The notes under the pieces are model-generated. The model made no database searches. It had not been told where the DNA came from and saw only the letters and a list, made by a program, of their open reading frames with translations. DNA of 64,000 nucleotides. Origin: an uncultured Candidatus Rokubacteria bacterium (GTDB taxonomy: Bacteria > Methylomirabilota > Methylomirabilia > Rokubacteriales > CSP1-6). The stretch spans positions 288,001-352,000 of the forward strand of contig CAVVEU010000024.1 in assembly GCA_963747235.1 (NCBI GenBank). The letters are read 5' to 3'. Both the position numbers and the translations under genes were made by a program. The first letter of the stretch is position 1. Each line of letters begins with the position of its first letter. Shown here one piece after another: positions 34,103 through 43,911 of this stretch.

Positions 34103-34157
34103 GATGTTGCAAGAATGACACACCCCTGAGGGCCGCTTGTGTCGGATAGGCAACATC
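34103..34157. promoter_or_regulatory. Paired enhancer-like upstream activator sites
   Basis: TGT-N10-ACA at 34105-34120 and 34140-34155; the two are inverted copies of GATGTTGC-N6-GACACA. Confidence 0.65.
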
Positions 34158-34560
34158 AGAGCTCAAGCCGGGCCCGCACCCGGAACCCCGCCGGGATCGC
34201 CTCCACGGTGGGCCCATCGCTCCCGATGCCCCGGATCAGGCTCCGGACCTGATGCCGCGTGGGTTCCACCGGCTCGCCCCGCAGGAAGGCGTGGAGGCGC
34301 ACCGGCTCGCCCCCCGCGGTCGGGGAGGCGTGGAAGACCACGAACTCGATGGACCGGCAGGCGAAGCCTTCCACCTCGTGGACGTAGAGGCATTCTTCGA
34401 GCCAGCGGCACAGGAGCGCGGGGATGCCGGCGCCGTGCGCCCGCACTTCCCGCACCTCCGTCTCGTCCACCGAGGCGGGATCCACCGCGGCGGCGAAGAG
34501 CGCGAGCGCGATCCGCGCGAAGGCGTCCGGCAGGGTCGCGGCCTCGACGGCGAGTTCCAC
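34156..34560 (-). CDS. Archease-like protein (degenerate)
   Basis: AATLPDAFARIALALF, LLCRWLEECLY, LRGEPV pattern resembles archease. Confidence 0.7.
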   Translation of the reverse strand: MELAVEAATLPDAFARIALALFAAAVDPASVDETEVREVRAHGAGIPALLCRWLEECLYVHEVEGFACRSIEFVVFHASPTAGGEPVRLHAFLRGEPVEPTRHQVRSLIRGIGSDGPTVEAIPAGFRVRARLEL

Positions 34561-34561
34561 C

Positions 34562-35305
34562 TCAGGCGGTGCCCAGATCGCCGTAGCGCGCTTGGAGCAG
34601 CGCCACCGCCACCGCGCCCGCGGTCTCGGTCCGGAGCAGGCGCGGGCCGAGCCCGGCCACGACGGCGCCCGCGTCGACGAGCCCGCGCACCTCGTCGGCG
34701 GTCAGCCCGCCTTCCGGGCCCACCACCACGGTCACGCGCGGGCAGGGCCCGGCCGGCAGGCGCCCGGCGAGCCCCTCGCGCTCCTCCTCCCACAGGCAGA
34801 CCAGCAGCCCGGTCGCGCCCGCTTCGCGAGCCCAGGACGAGACGTCGCGAGGCGCCCCGATCTCCGGGACGGCCGCGCGCCCGCTCTGCTGGGCCGCCTC
34901 CCGGGCGATGCGCTGCCATCGCGCGAGACGCGTGGTCCAACGCGCGGGCTCGAGCCGCACCACCGTCCGCGCGGTCAGTAGCGGGATCACACGCGTGACG
35001 CCGAGCTCGGTGGCCATCCGGACGATGCCGTCCATCTTGTCGCCCTTCGGCACGCCCTGGGCCAGGGTCAGATCGAGGGGCGACTCGGTCGCGAGCGGCG
35101 CGCGGCTCACGATCAGGCCCTCGGCGCGGCGGGGCGCGATCGCGGTGAGGCGCACCGACAGCAGCGCGCCCCCGTGGTCCACCGCCTGCACGACGTCCCC
35201 GACGGCCGCCCGCAGCACGCGGCCCAGGTGATGGGCGGCGGCGGCCTCGAAGGCCACGCGGTCGCCGTCCACCGCGTCCGGCGCCAGGTGCAGGAAGCGG
35301 GTCAC
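34562..35305 (-). CDS. rsmE: 16S rRNA m3U1498 methyltransferase
   Basis: HHLGRVLR, KGDKMD, ATELGV, EAAQQSGR, VGPEGG, LGPRLLRTETA. Confidence 0.95.
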   Translation of the reverse strand: MTRFLHLAPDAVDGDRVAFEAAAAHHLGRVLRAAVGDVVQAVDHGGALLSVRLTAIAPRRAEGLIVSRAPLATESPLDLTLAQGVPKGDKMDGIVRMATELGVTRVIPLLTARTVVRLEPARWTTRLARWQRIAREAAQQSGRAAVPEIGAPRDVSSWAREAGATGLLVCLWEEEREGLAGRLPAGPCPRVTVVVGPEGGLTADEVRGLVDAGAVVAGLGPRLLRTETAGAVAVALLQARYGDLGTA

Positions 35306-36186
35306 GCGGGCGGTGCCTCGAGGCGCAGCGAGGCCCAGCCTTCCAGCGCCAGGCGCGAGCGGGTCACGAGGCCGGCGCCGGCCAGGGCGTCGCTGACGCG
35401 TCCATCCTCGTCCTGGAGCATCCCCCCCAGCACCAGCGAGCCGCCCGGCGCCACCAGGCGCGCGTACTGCGGGGCCAGCGCCAGGTGGGTGTGGGTCAGG
35501 AGATTTGCCAGGACGAGCGGGAAGCGGCCCGGGATCTCGTGCGGCTCGGCCAGCCGGACGGTCAGGCCGGCGCAGCCGTTCCGGCCCGCGTTGACCTGCG
35601 TGGCCGAGACCGCGTCCGGATCCACGTCGATCGCGAGCACGGACGGCGCGCCGAGCTTGAGCGCCGCGATGGCCAGGATGCCGGTACCGGTCCCGATGTC
35701 GAGCGCGGCCGCGCCGGGCGTGCCCGCCAGCGCTTCCTCGAGCAGCACCAGGCAGCCCTCGGTGGTGCCGTGGTGGCCGGTGCCGAAGGCGCGTCCCGGC
35801 TCGATGATCACGGTCAGGCGCGGGGGGCCGGCCGCGCGCGCGGGCGGCTCGATCCACGGTGGCAGCACGAGGAGGCGCCGCCCCACCTCGCGGGCCGGGA
35901 ACGATTGCTGCCATGCGCTTGCCCAGGCCTCGTCCAGCAGCGGCGTGACCTCGGTGCCCTGCGACTCGATCGTGAAGCCGAGCGATCGGAGCGCCGCCTG
36001 GTAGTCCTGGACCGCGGCCAGCAGCCGGGTGGACGACATGCTCTCGGCGAAGAAGGCGCGCAGGCGCGGCGGGACCCCGGGGGCTTCTTCCTCGACCACG
36101 CCGAGGGCGCCCTGCTCCCAGAGGAAGTTGGTGAGGCCGTCGGAACAGTCGGCGGAGGCGGGGAGGGTGAGCTGCCAGAACGGCAT
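35302..36186 (-). CDS. prmA: Ribosomal protein L11 methyltransferase
   Basis: IEPGRAFGTGHHGTT, LDIGTGTGILAI. Confidence 0.93.
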   Translation of the reverse strand: MPFWQLTLPASADCSDGLTNFLWEQGALGVVEEEAPGVPPRLRAFFAESMSSTRLLAAVQDYQAALRSLGFTIESQGTEVTPLLDEAWASAWQQSFPAREVGRRLLVLPPWIEPPARAAGPPRLTVIIEPGRAFGTGHHGTTEGCLVLLEEALAGTPGAAALDIGTGTGILAIAALKLGAPSVLAIDVDPDAVSATQVNAGRNGCAGLTVRLAEPHEIPGRFPLVLANLLTHTHLALAPQYARLVAPGGSLVLGGMLQDEDGRVSDALAGAGLVTRSRLALEGWASLRLEAPPA

Positions 36187-37286
36187 CAACTACCGAACAG
36201 CTGCTTCATCCGCTCGACGAACTTGGAGGCCCGGGGGCTCGAGTCGCCGTCGTGCGCGCGGCGGAACTCCTCCAGCAGCTCGCGCTGGCGCGCGGTGAGC
36301 TGCGTCGGCACCTCGACGACCACCTCGTACACCGCGTCGCCCCGGCCCCGCCCGCGCAGGTGGGGCATGCCCTTGCCCTTCAAGACGAGGCGCTGGCCCG
36401 GCTGCGTTCCCGCCGGGACCTTCAGGTTCGCGGCGCCGTCGAGCACCGGCACCTCCACCTCGTCGCCGAGCGCCACCTGGGGGAAGGTGAGCGGCAGCTC
36501 GCAGATCAGGTGGGCGCCGTCGCGCACGAAGATCTCGTGGGGCTTGAGGTGGAGCACCACGTAGAGATCCCCGGCCGGCCCGCCCTGCAGCCCGCTCTCG
36601 CCCTCGCCGTTGAGCCGGAGCTGGTTGCCGTTCTCGACGCCGGCCGGGATGGTGACCTTCAGCAGCCGCTCGCGGGACACGCGCCCCTGACCGCGGCAGT
36701 TGAGACACGGGTGCCGGATGATGCGCCCCTCGCCGCGGCAGTTGGGACAGGGGCGCGCCACCGTGAGGAATCCCTGCGTGAAGCGCACCTGGCCCTGACC
36801 GCGGCACGTGCCGCAGACCTCGGGCTGGCTGCCCGCTTCCACGCCGGCCCCGCGGCAGACCTCGCAGGTCTCGAGTCGCGGGACCTGCAGCTTGGTCTCG
36901 AGGCCCTGGGCCGCGTCCTCGAGCGAGATCTCGAGGTCGTAGCGGAGGTCGTCCCCGCGCCGCACCCGCGAGCGGGAGCGGTTGCCGCCCCCGCCGCCGA
37001 AGAACCCCTCGAAGAGATCCTCGAAGATCGTGCCGAAGCCCGTCTCGCCGCCCGCGCCACCCCCTCCACCCACGGTGCCGAAACGGTCGTACTGGGCGCG
37101 CTTCTCGGCGTCGGACAGGATGGAGTAGGCCTCGCTGATCTCCTTGAAGCGATCCTCGGCCTTCTTGTCGCCGGGGTTGCGGTCGGGATGGTAGGCGCGG
37201 GCGAGGTTGCGGTAGGCCTTCTTCAGCGCCGCGTCGTCGGCATCCCGGGGGACGCCGAGGATGCCGTAGAAGTCCTTGGCGGCCAC
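36186..37286 (-). CDS. dnaJ: Chaperone DnaJ
   Basis: HPD motif, G/F region, four CxxCxGxG repeats. Confidence 0.97.
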   Translation of the reverse strand: MAAKDFYGILGVPRDADDAALKKAYRNLARAYHPDRNPGDKKAEDRFKEISEAYSILSDAEKRAQYDRFGTVGGGGGAGGETGFGTIFEDLFEGFFGGGGGNRSRSRVRRGDDLRYDLEISLEDAAQGLETKLQVPRLETCEVCRGAGVEAGSQPEVCGTCRGQGQVRFTQGFLTVARPCPNCRGEGRIIRHPCLNCRGQGRVSRERLLKVTIPAGVENGNQLRLNGEGESGLQGGPAGDLYVVLHLKPHEIFVRDGAHLICELPLTFPQVALGDEVEVPVLDGAANLKVPAGTQPGQRLVLKGKGMPHLRGRGRGDAVYEVVVEVPTQLTARQRELLEEFRRAHDGDSSPRASKFVERMKQLFGS

Positions 37287-37287
37287 G

Positions 37288-37833
37288 CTAGTCGTCGGCG
37301 GGGGAGGCGCCCGGCTCGTCCGGGGCCACCGCCACCGTGACCATCGCGGGCCGCAGCACGCGCCCGTGCAGGAGGTAGCCCCGCGCGGTCTCCGCGGCCA
37401 CCGACATGTCGGGCAGGTCCGGGCTCTGCACGCGCGCGATGGCCTCGTGCCGCTCCGGATCGAAGGGCTGGCCCACCGAGGTGAACGGCGTCACGCCGTA
37501 CTTCTCGAGCACGCGCAGCAGCTCGCGCTGGATCAGCTCGACGCCGGTGGTGAGGGAGGTCGCCGGCTCGGAGCGCGCCGCCTGCATGGCCCGGTCGAGA
37601 TTGTCCAGCACCGGGAGGATGTCGCGCAGGAGGGACTCGTTGGCGTAGCGGGTGTACTCCTCGCGCTCCCGCGCGCTGCGCTTGCGCACGTTGTCGAACT
37701 CGGCGACGGTGCGCAGGTAGCGGTCCTGCTGGGCTTCCACCTCGCGGGTCTTGGTCTCGAGGGCATCGCGGAGCCGCTGGATCTCCTCCGCCGCCTCGTT
37801 GGTCACCGGCCCATCGAAGAACGAATCACTCAT
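37288..37833 (-). CDS. grpE: Nucleotide exchange factor GrpE
   Basis: AEFDNVRKR, LPVLDNLDRA, FDPERHEA, RVLRPAMV. Confidence 0.96.
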   Translation of the reverse strand: MSDSFFDGPVTNEAAEEIQRLRDALETKTREVEAQQDRYLRTVAEFDNVRKRSAREREEYTRYANESLLRDILPVLDNLDRAMQAARSEPATSLTTGVELIQRELLRVLEKYGVTPFTSVGQPFDPERHEAIARVQSPDLPDMSVAAETARGYLLHGRVLRPAMVTVAVAPDEPGASPADD

Positions 37834-37845
37834 GGCAGAAGCCCA

Positions 37846-37854
37846 ATTATAGCA
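37846..37854 (-). promoter_or_regulatory. Extended -10 promoter for grpE
   Basis: TGcTATAAT 12 nt before the grpE ATG, abutting repeat copy D. Confidence 0.65.
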
Positions 37855-37855
37855 G

Positions 37856-37906
37856 ACGGTTGCCCGCAGACTGGGGGAGTGCGGGGGCCATTTCTGGGCC
37901 CCCGCA
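37856..37906 (+). repeat. Palindromic intergenic repeat, copy D
   Basis: ACGGTTGCCCGCAGACTGGGGGAGTGCGGGGGCCATTTCTGGGCCCCCGCA. Confidence 0.9.
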
Positions 37907-37935
37907 GATGAAGAGAAGATTCCGGTGTTCGGGCG

Positions 37936-38982
37936 CTACGGCAGATACAGGTGCTGGCGCACCCGGGAGAGGGCGCTGGAGACGACGCGCGCGGTCTCGT
38001 CGACGACCGACATGACCTCCGAGTACGGCATGCGGCGGGGGCCCACCACGCCGAGCACGCCCAGGACCTGGTCGCGGTAGGTGTAGGTGGAGGTGATGAG
38101 GCTGCAGCCCCGCATGTCCTCCATCGGGTTCTCGCTGCCGATCATGACCTGGATGCCGCGCTCCTCGGCCATCCGGGAGAGCAGGTCGATGAGGCGCGCC
38201 TTGTCCTCGAAGGCGCGCAGCACCGAGCGCAGCGTGGCGGTGTCCGACAGGTCCGGATGGTCCAGCATGTTGGTGGCGCCGCTCAGGTAGAGCGTGCGGT
38301 CGCGCAGGAGCGCGACCACCTCGTCGAGCACGCCGCGGCTCCGCGTCCAGAGCGGATCGAGCGGATCGGCGGGCGCGGTCAGATCGTCGAGGATCTCCTG
38401 GAAGGTCTTCCCGCGGAAGCGGCGGGTGAGCGCCCGGCCCGTCTCGCGCAGCTCCTCGCTCCCGCCCCGCGGCACGGTGTTGATCGGCCGCGCGGTGACC
38501 CAGCCCGTGTCCGTCACCAGCACCGCGAGGGCCCGCTCCTCGTCGAGCGCCACCAGCTCGATCCGGTCGAGCGCGGTGTGCTTGAGCGGCGGCGCGAGCA
38601 GCACGCCCATCATGTGCGTGCCCGACGACAGCAGGGCGGGCGCTTCCGCCATCAGGCGCTCGGCCGCGTCGGCCTGCGGCACGCCGGACGGCTGGCCCAC
38701 CGCGGGCGCCTTGCCCGCGACCCACGGCACGCGCTGGAGGTGATCCACGTAGAAGCGGTAGGCGGTGTCCGTCGGGACGCGGCCCGCGGAGGTGTGGGGC
38801 TGCGCCAGGTAGCCCAGCTCCTCGAGATCGGCCATCGCGTTGCGGATGGTGGCCGGGGAGAGGCCGCGGATGTGCCGCCGCGCCACCGCGCGCGAGCCGA
38901 CCGGCTCGCCCGTCTCGACGTACTCCGCGATGACGGCCAGGAGGACCTGGCGGCTTCGCTGGTCGAGGGGCGGAGTGGTCAT
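37936..38982 (-). CDS. hrcA: Heat-inducible transcription repressor
   Basis: EPVGSR, SPATIRNAMADLEELGYL, PHTSAGRVPT, VVGPRRMPY. Confidence 0.96.
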   Translation of the reverse strand: MTTPPLDQRSRQVLLAVIAEYVETGEPVGSRAVARRHIRGLSPATIRNAMADLEELGYLAQPHTSAGRVPTDTAYRFYVDHLQRVPWVAGKAPAVGQPSGVPQADAAERLMAEAPALLSSGTHMMGVLLAPPLKHTALDRIELVALDEERALAVLVTDTGWVTARPINTVPRGGSEELRETGRALTRRFRGKTFQEILDDLTAPADPLDPLWTRSRGVLDEVVALLRDRTLYLSGATNMLDHPDLSDTATLRSVLRAFEDKARLIDLLSRMAEERGIQVMIGSENPMEDMRGCSLITSTYTYRDQVLGVLGVVGPRRMPYSEVMSVVDETARVVSSALSRVRQHLYLP

Positions 38983-38996
38983 GCGTGATCTTACCG

Positions 38997-40150
38997 CTAG
39001 AGCAGCTCGGTGAACAGGGCGTCCGAGAGAAGGAAGCCGGCCTCGGTGAGGCGGGCCCGGCCGTCCCGCTCCGTGAGCAGGCCGCGCTCGCGCCAGGCGT
39101 CGAGCACCTCGGGCAGGCGCCCGCGCTCGAGGGCGCAGCGCTCGACCAGGCGCTCGGCCGGGATGCCGTCGCTCGTGCGGAGCCCCAGGATCAGCCGCTC
39201 GGCGAGGGCCTGGCGCGGGGTCAGGATCTCGTGGGTCTGGAGCGGCAGGCTCCCGCCCTCCACGAGGGTGCAGTAGCGCTCCACCGGCTTCACGTTGCCG
39301 TACCGCACGTGCCCGAGGAAGCCGCAGGCCCCCGGCCCCAGGGCCAGGTACTCCTCCCACCGCCAGTAGCGCTGGTTGTGGCGCGAGCGGTGATCCGGGC
39401 GCGCGTAGTTGGAGACCTCGTAGTGCTCGAAGCCGGCCTCGCCGGCCAGGCGCGCGAGCGGCCCAGTACTGCGCGGTGACCGTGTCCTCCTCGGGCAGCC
39501 CGGTCACGCCCGCGGCGTGCCAGAGGCTGCCCTCGTCGAGGGTGAGCGCGTAGGCGGAGAGGTGATCCGGGCGCCACGCGAGCACCTCCCGCACGGTGCG
39601 CGTCCACGTGTCCAGGTCGAGCGCGGGCAGGCCGTAGATGAGATCCACGCTGATGTTGTCGAAGCCGGCCTCGCGCGCGGCGTCGGAACGCGCCGGCGGC
39701 CTGGGCGGCCGAGTGCCGCCGGTCGAGCCGCGGCAGGATGCGCGTCGTCCAGGCTCTGCACGCCGAGGCTGATCCGGGTCACCCCCGCGCGCCGGTAGCC
39801 GGCGAGACGCGCCACCGTCACGTCGTCGGGATTGCACTCGACGGTCACCTCGGCGCCGGGCTCGAGCGCGGAAGCGCGCGCGGATGCGATCGAGCACCGC
39901 GGCCATCTGCTCCGGGTCGAGCAGCGACGGCGTGCCGCCGCCGAGGAAGAGCGTGTCGAGCGTGACCGCGCCCGCCCACGGCGCCGCGCCGGCCAGGTCG
40001 CACTCGCGCAGCAGCGCGGTCAGGAAGCGATCGAGCGCCGCCCGGCGTGTAGGGCGCGGTGTTGAAGGAGCAGTAGCCGCACCGCTCCGCGCAGAAGGGC
40101 AGGTGCACGTAGACCCCGAGCCGGGCGGCGCGGGGCGTGAGCGCGGCTAC
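38997..40150 (-). CDS. hemW: Radical SAM heme chaperone HemW (several apparent frameshifts; start uncertain)
   Basis: YVHLPFCAERCGYCSF, GGGTPS, RISLGVQS, DLIYGLP, YEVSNY fragments across frames. Confidence 0.88.
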
Positions 40151-40818
40151 GGCAGGTACTTGCCCAGCCGTTGCCAGCGTAGCCAGTGCCCTTCCCCGTT
40201 CCAGGACCAGTAGATCAGGAAGGCCTTGCCGCGGATCTTGTCGCGGCGGACGAAGCCCCAGTAGCGGCTGTCCTGCGAGTTGTCCCGGTTGTCGCCCATC
40301 ACGAAGTAGGCGCCCTCGGGCACCTTGAGCGGATCGCACCCGTAGGCGTAGCTGCACTGGGCCGACGGGGGCCCGGTGAAGGATCCCGGGCGCACGTACG
40401 GCTCGTCGATGGGGTGGCCGTTCAGCAGCACGCGGTTGTCGCGCACCTGGACGGTGTCGCCGCCCACCGCGATGATGCGCTTGATGAAGTCGCGCGTCTC
40501 GTCGTTGGGGTACTTGAACACCACGACGTCGCCGTGCCGCGGATCGCGCAGGCCGGGGAGGTGCCGGTCGGTCAGCGGGATCTCGGCGCCGAAGAGGAAC
40601 TTGTTGACCAGGATGTAGTCGCCGATCAGCAGGGTGTCCATCATGGAGCCGGAGGGAATCGTGAAGGCCTGCACCGCGAACTGGCGGATGAAGAGGGCCA
40701 GGAGCACCGCGATGATGATCGCTTCCGAGTACTCCCGGAAGAGGGACTTGCGGCGGGGCCGGGTCACCGGGGGCGGCGGTCCGATGTCGCGGTCGGGACG
40801 GACCTGGAGATCGTTCAT
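40147..40818 (-). CDS. lepB: Signal peptidase I
   Basis: IPSGSM, FIKRII, GDNRDNSQDSR. Confidence 0.96.
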   Translation of the reverse strand: MNDLQVRPDRDIGPPPPVTRPRRKSLFREYSEAIIIAVLLALFIRQFAVQAFTIPSGSMMDTLLIGDYILVNKFLFGAEIPLTDRHLPGLRDPRHGDVVVFKYPNDETRDFIKRIIAVGGDTVQVRDNRVLLNGHPIDEPYVRPGSFTGPPSAQCSYAYGCDPLKVPEGAYFVMGDNRDNSQDSRYWGFVRRDKIRGKAFLIYWSWNGEGHWLRWQRLGKYLP

Positions 40819-40828
40819 GCCGGGCCGC

Positions 40829-42622
40829 TCAGCTCTTGAGCACCGACAGGAACGCTTCCTGCGGCACCTCGACCTTGCCGACCTGTTTCATCCGCTTCTT
40901 GCCTTCCTTCTGCTTCTCGAGCAGCTTGCGCTTGCGGGTGATGTCGCCGCCGTAGCACTTGGCGGTGACGTTCTTGCCCATGGCCTTGACCGTCTCGCGG
41001 GCGATGACCCGGCTGCCGATCGCGGCCTGGATCGCCACCTCGTAGAGCTGGCGCGGAATCACCGCGCGCAGCTTCTCGGCGAGGGCCTTGCCCTTCTCGT
41101 AGGCCTTCTCGCGGTGGACGATGATGGAGAGCGCGTCCACCGGATCGCCGTTGAGCAGGATGTCGAGCTTGACCATGTCGGAGGCCCGGAACTCCAGGAA
41201 GTCGTAGTCGAAGGAGGCGTAGCCCTTGGAGATGGACTTGAGCCGGTCGTAGAAGTCGATCACGATCTCGCTGAGCGGGAAGTCGAACTGGATGTGGACG
41301 CGCTTGCCCACGTACTCGAGCGACCGGTGCTCGCCCCGCTTCTCCTGGGCGAGCTTGTAGATCTCGCTCATGAACTCGGTGGGCACGAAGATCGAGCCGC
41401 GCACGTAGGGCTCCTCGATGCGCTCGATGCGGTCCACCGGCGGCAGCTTGGAGGGGTTCTCCACCTCGAGCGTCTCGCCCGCCATCGTGATCACCTTGAA
41501 GCGCACGCTGGGGGCGGTGACGATCAGCGAGAGATTGAACTCCCGCTCGAGCCGCTCCTGCACGATCTCGAGGTGCAGCATGCCCAGGAAGCCGCAGCGA
41601 AACCCGTAGCCCAGCGCGAGTGAGGTCTCCGGCTCGAAATTGAACGCGGAGTCGTTGAGGCGCAGCTTCTCCAGCGCGTCGCGGAGGCCCTCGTAGTCGG
41701 TGTCCTCGATCGGGTACAGCCCCGCGAAGACCATGGGCTTGGCGTCGCGGTAGCCGGGGCAGGGCTCCGCGGTCGGGTGGAGCGACGTCGGTGATGGTCT
41801 CGCCGATCTTGGCGTCGGCCACCCGCTTGATCGCGGCGGTGAGGTAGCCGACCTGGCCGGCGGTCAGCTCCTCCACCGGCCGCATGTCGGGGGAGAAGAC
41901 GCCGACCTGCTGGACCTCGAGGGTCTTGCCGTTGGACATGAACAGCACGCGCGAGCCGGCGCGGACGCGCCCGTCGATGAGGCGGATGTACACCACGACG
42001 CCCTGGTAGGAGTCGTAGAACGAGTCGAAGACCAGGGCCTTGAGCGGGCCGTCCACCAGTCGCCCTTGGGCGGCGGCACGCGCGCCACGATCGCCTCGAG
42101 CACCTCCGGCACCCCGGTGCCGTGCTTGGCCGAGATCGCGAGGGCCTCGTCGCCGTCGAGGGTGAGGATCTCGGTGATCTGGTTCCGCGTGGCCTCGACG
42201 TCGGCGGCGGGCAGGTCGATCTTGTTGATGACCGGGATGATCTCGAGGCCGCCGTCGAGCGCCAGGTAGAAGTTGGCCAGGGTCTGCGCCTCGACCCCCT
42301 GGGCGGCGTCCACGATCAGGATCGCCCCTTCACAGGCGGCGAGGGAGCGGGAGACCTCGTAGGAGAAGTCCACGTGGCCGGGGGTGTCGATGAGGTTGAG
42401 CGTGTACTCCTGCCCGTCGCGCGCCTTGTAGAGCAGGCGCACCGCGTGGGCCTTGATGGTGATCCCCCGCTCCTTCTCCAGGTCCATCGAGTCCAGGACC
42501 TGGTCCACCGCCTTCTTGGCGTCCATGGTCCCGGTGAGGGACAGGAGCCGGTCGGCCAGGGTGGACTTGCCGTGGTCGATGTGGGCGATGATGGAGAAAT
42601 TGCGGATCAGATCGATGGCCAT
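40829..42622 (-). CDS. lepA: Elongation factor 4 (apparent frameshifts near 42058 and 41775)
   Basis: [20 protein letters not shown]; [11 protein letters not shown]; [25 protein letters not shown]. Confidence 0.96.
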
Positions 42623-42682
42623 CCGGCTAAGAATACCACGCCCTTGCGCGGCCCGTCGGGCCCCGCGGGCGGTCGCGCCGGC

Positions 42683-43756
42683 CTACGTGCGGGTGTTGGG
42701 GGGAACGACGGTGTTGGCCTCCAGGACCGCGGTGAAGCCGAGCTGGGCGTTGGCCCCGATGCGGGCTCCCGTGCCCACGATGCAGTCGCGCAGCACCGCG
42801 CCCGGGCCCACCACCACGTCGTCCCAGAGGATGGCGCCCTCGATCTGAGCACCGGCGCCGACGATGCAGTGGCTGCCGAGCACCGCGTTCGGGCCCACCC
42901 GCGCGCCCGGCTCGACGCGGGTGCCCGCGCCGATCACGCACGGGCCCGTGACCGTCGCGTCCGGGGCCACGCGGGCGCCCGGCGCGATGGCGCGGCCGTC
43001 GGGGGCCGCCCCCGCGGGCGCGAGCGGGCTGGTGACGCGCCCGGCCAGCAGATCGAGCTGGCCCTGGCGGTACTTGGCGGGGCTGCCGATGTCGAGCCAG
43101 TAGTTGCCGGCGACCCAGCCGTAGAACGGCACGCGGTCGCGGAGGAGCCCGGGGAAGGTCTCGCGCTCGATGGACACCGCGCGGCCGGTGGGAATCGCGG
43201 CGACGACCTCGCGGTCCAGCGCGTAGACCCCCGCGTTGACGGTGTCCACCGTCGCCTGGCCGGGCGGCGGCTTCTCCACGAAGCTCCGGATGCGGCCGTC
43301 CGCCTCGAGCTCCACGAGCCCGTACTGGCTCGGATCGGCGACGCGGGTGAGGTAGAGCGTCGCCTGCGAGCGGCGCTCGGCGTGGAAGCGCAGCATCGCG
43401 GAGAGATCGACGTCGGCCAGGATGTCGCCGTTCAGCACGATCACGAGCCCGCGCACGAGGTCCACCGCGTTGCGGATGCCGCCCGCGGTGCCGAGCGGCT
43501 CCGTCTCCACCGCGTAGCGGAGGCGCACCCCGTGGGCCGCGCCGTCGCCCATGATCCGCCGGATCTCGTCCACCATGTACGAGCAGGAGAGGACCACGTC
43601 GGTGATGCCGTGCTGGTGGAGGAGGGCGAGCTGGTAGGCGACGAACGGGATGTTGAGGAGCGGGACGACCGGCTTGGGCGTGGCCAGCGTCAGCGGCCGG
43701 AGCCGGGTGCCCTGACCGCCCGCGAGGATGACCGCGGTTATGTCGTCGGGGCCCAG
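42683..43756 (-). CDS. NDP-sugar synthase (mannose-1-phosphate guanylyltransferase-like); start uncertain
   Basis: AVILAGGQGTRLRPLTLATPKP, PLGTAG, LNGD, FVEKP, WLDIG, hexapeptide tail. Confidence 0.9.
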   Translation of the reverse strand: MGPDDITAVILAGGQGTRLRPLTLATPKPVVPLLNIPFVAYQLALLHQHGITDVVLSCSYMVDEIRRIMGDGAAHGVRLRYAVETEPLGTAGGIRNAVDLVRGLVIVLNGDILADVDLSAMLRFHAERRSQATLYLTRVADPSQYGLVELEADGRIRSFVEKPPPGQATVDTVNAGVYALDREVVAAIPTGRAVSIERETFPGLLRDRVPFYGWVAGNYWLDIGSPAKYRQGQLDLLAGRVTSPLAPAGAAPDGRAIAPGARVAPDATVTGPCVIGAGTRVEPGARVGPNAVLGSHCIVGAGAQIEGAILWDDVVVGPGAVLRDCIVGTGARIGANAQLGFTAVLEANTVVPPNTRT

Positions 43757-43911
43757 GGCTCCGCCTCGCTGATCAGCATCACGGGAATGCCGTCGCGCAC
43801 CGGATAGGCCTTGCGGCAGGCGCGGCAGATGATGCGGGTCTCCTCGAAGGTCAGCTCGACGCCCTTGCAGGCGGGGCAGGCCAGGATCGCCCGCAGCTCT
43901 TCGTCGATCAT
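43738..43911 (-). CDS. Trm112-like small protein
   Basis: [16 protein letters not shown]...CRACRKAYPVRDGIPVML. Confidence 0.88.
   Translation of the reverse strand: MIDEELRAILACPACKGVELTFEETRIICRACRKAYPVRDGIPVMLISEAEPWAPTT

Noticed and set aside
37877-37885. GAGTGC in repeat copy D as a CIRCE half-site
   Set aside because: No matching left arm, and the same sequence occurs in copy B far from heat-shock genes
37936-39906. Apparent HemW-HrcA fusion, and N-terminal extensions of pyrC, carA, carB, rsmE and ntrX
   Set aside because: Artefacts of longest-ORF calling in GC-rich DNA; true starts sit at stop/start overlaps or after RBS/-10 signals
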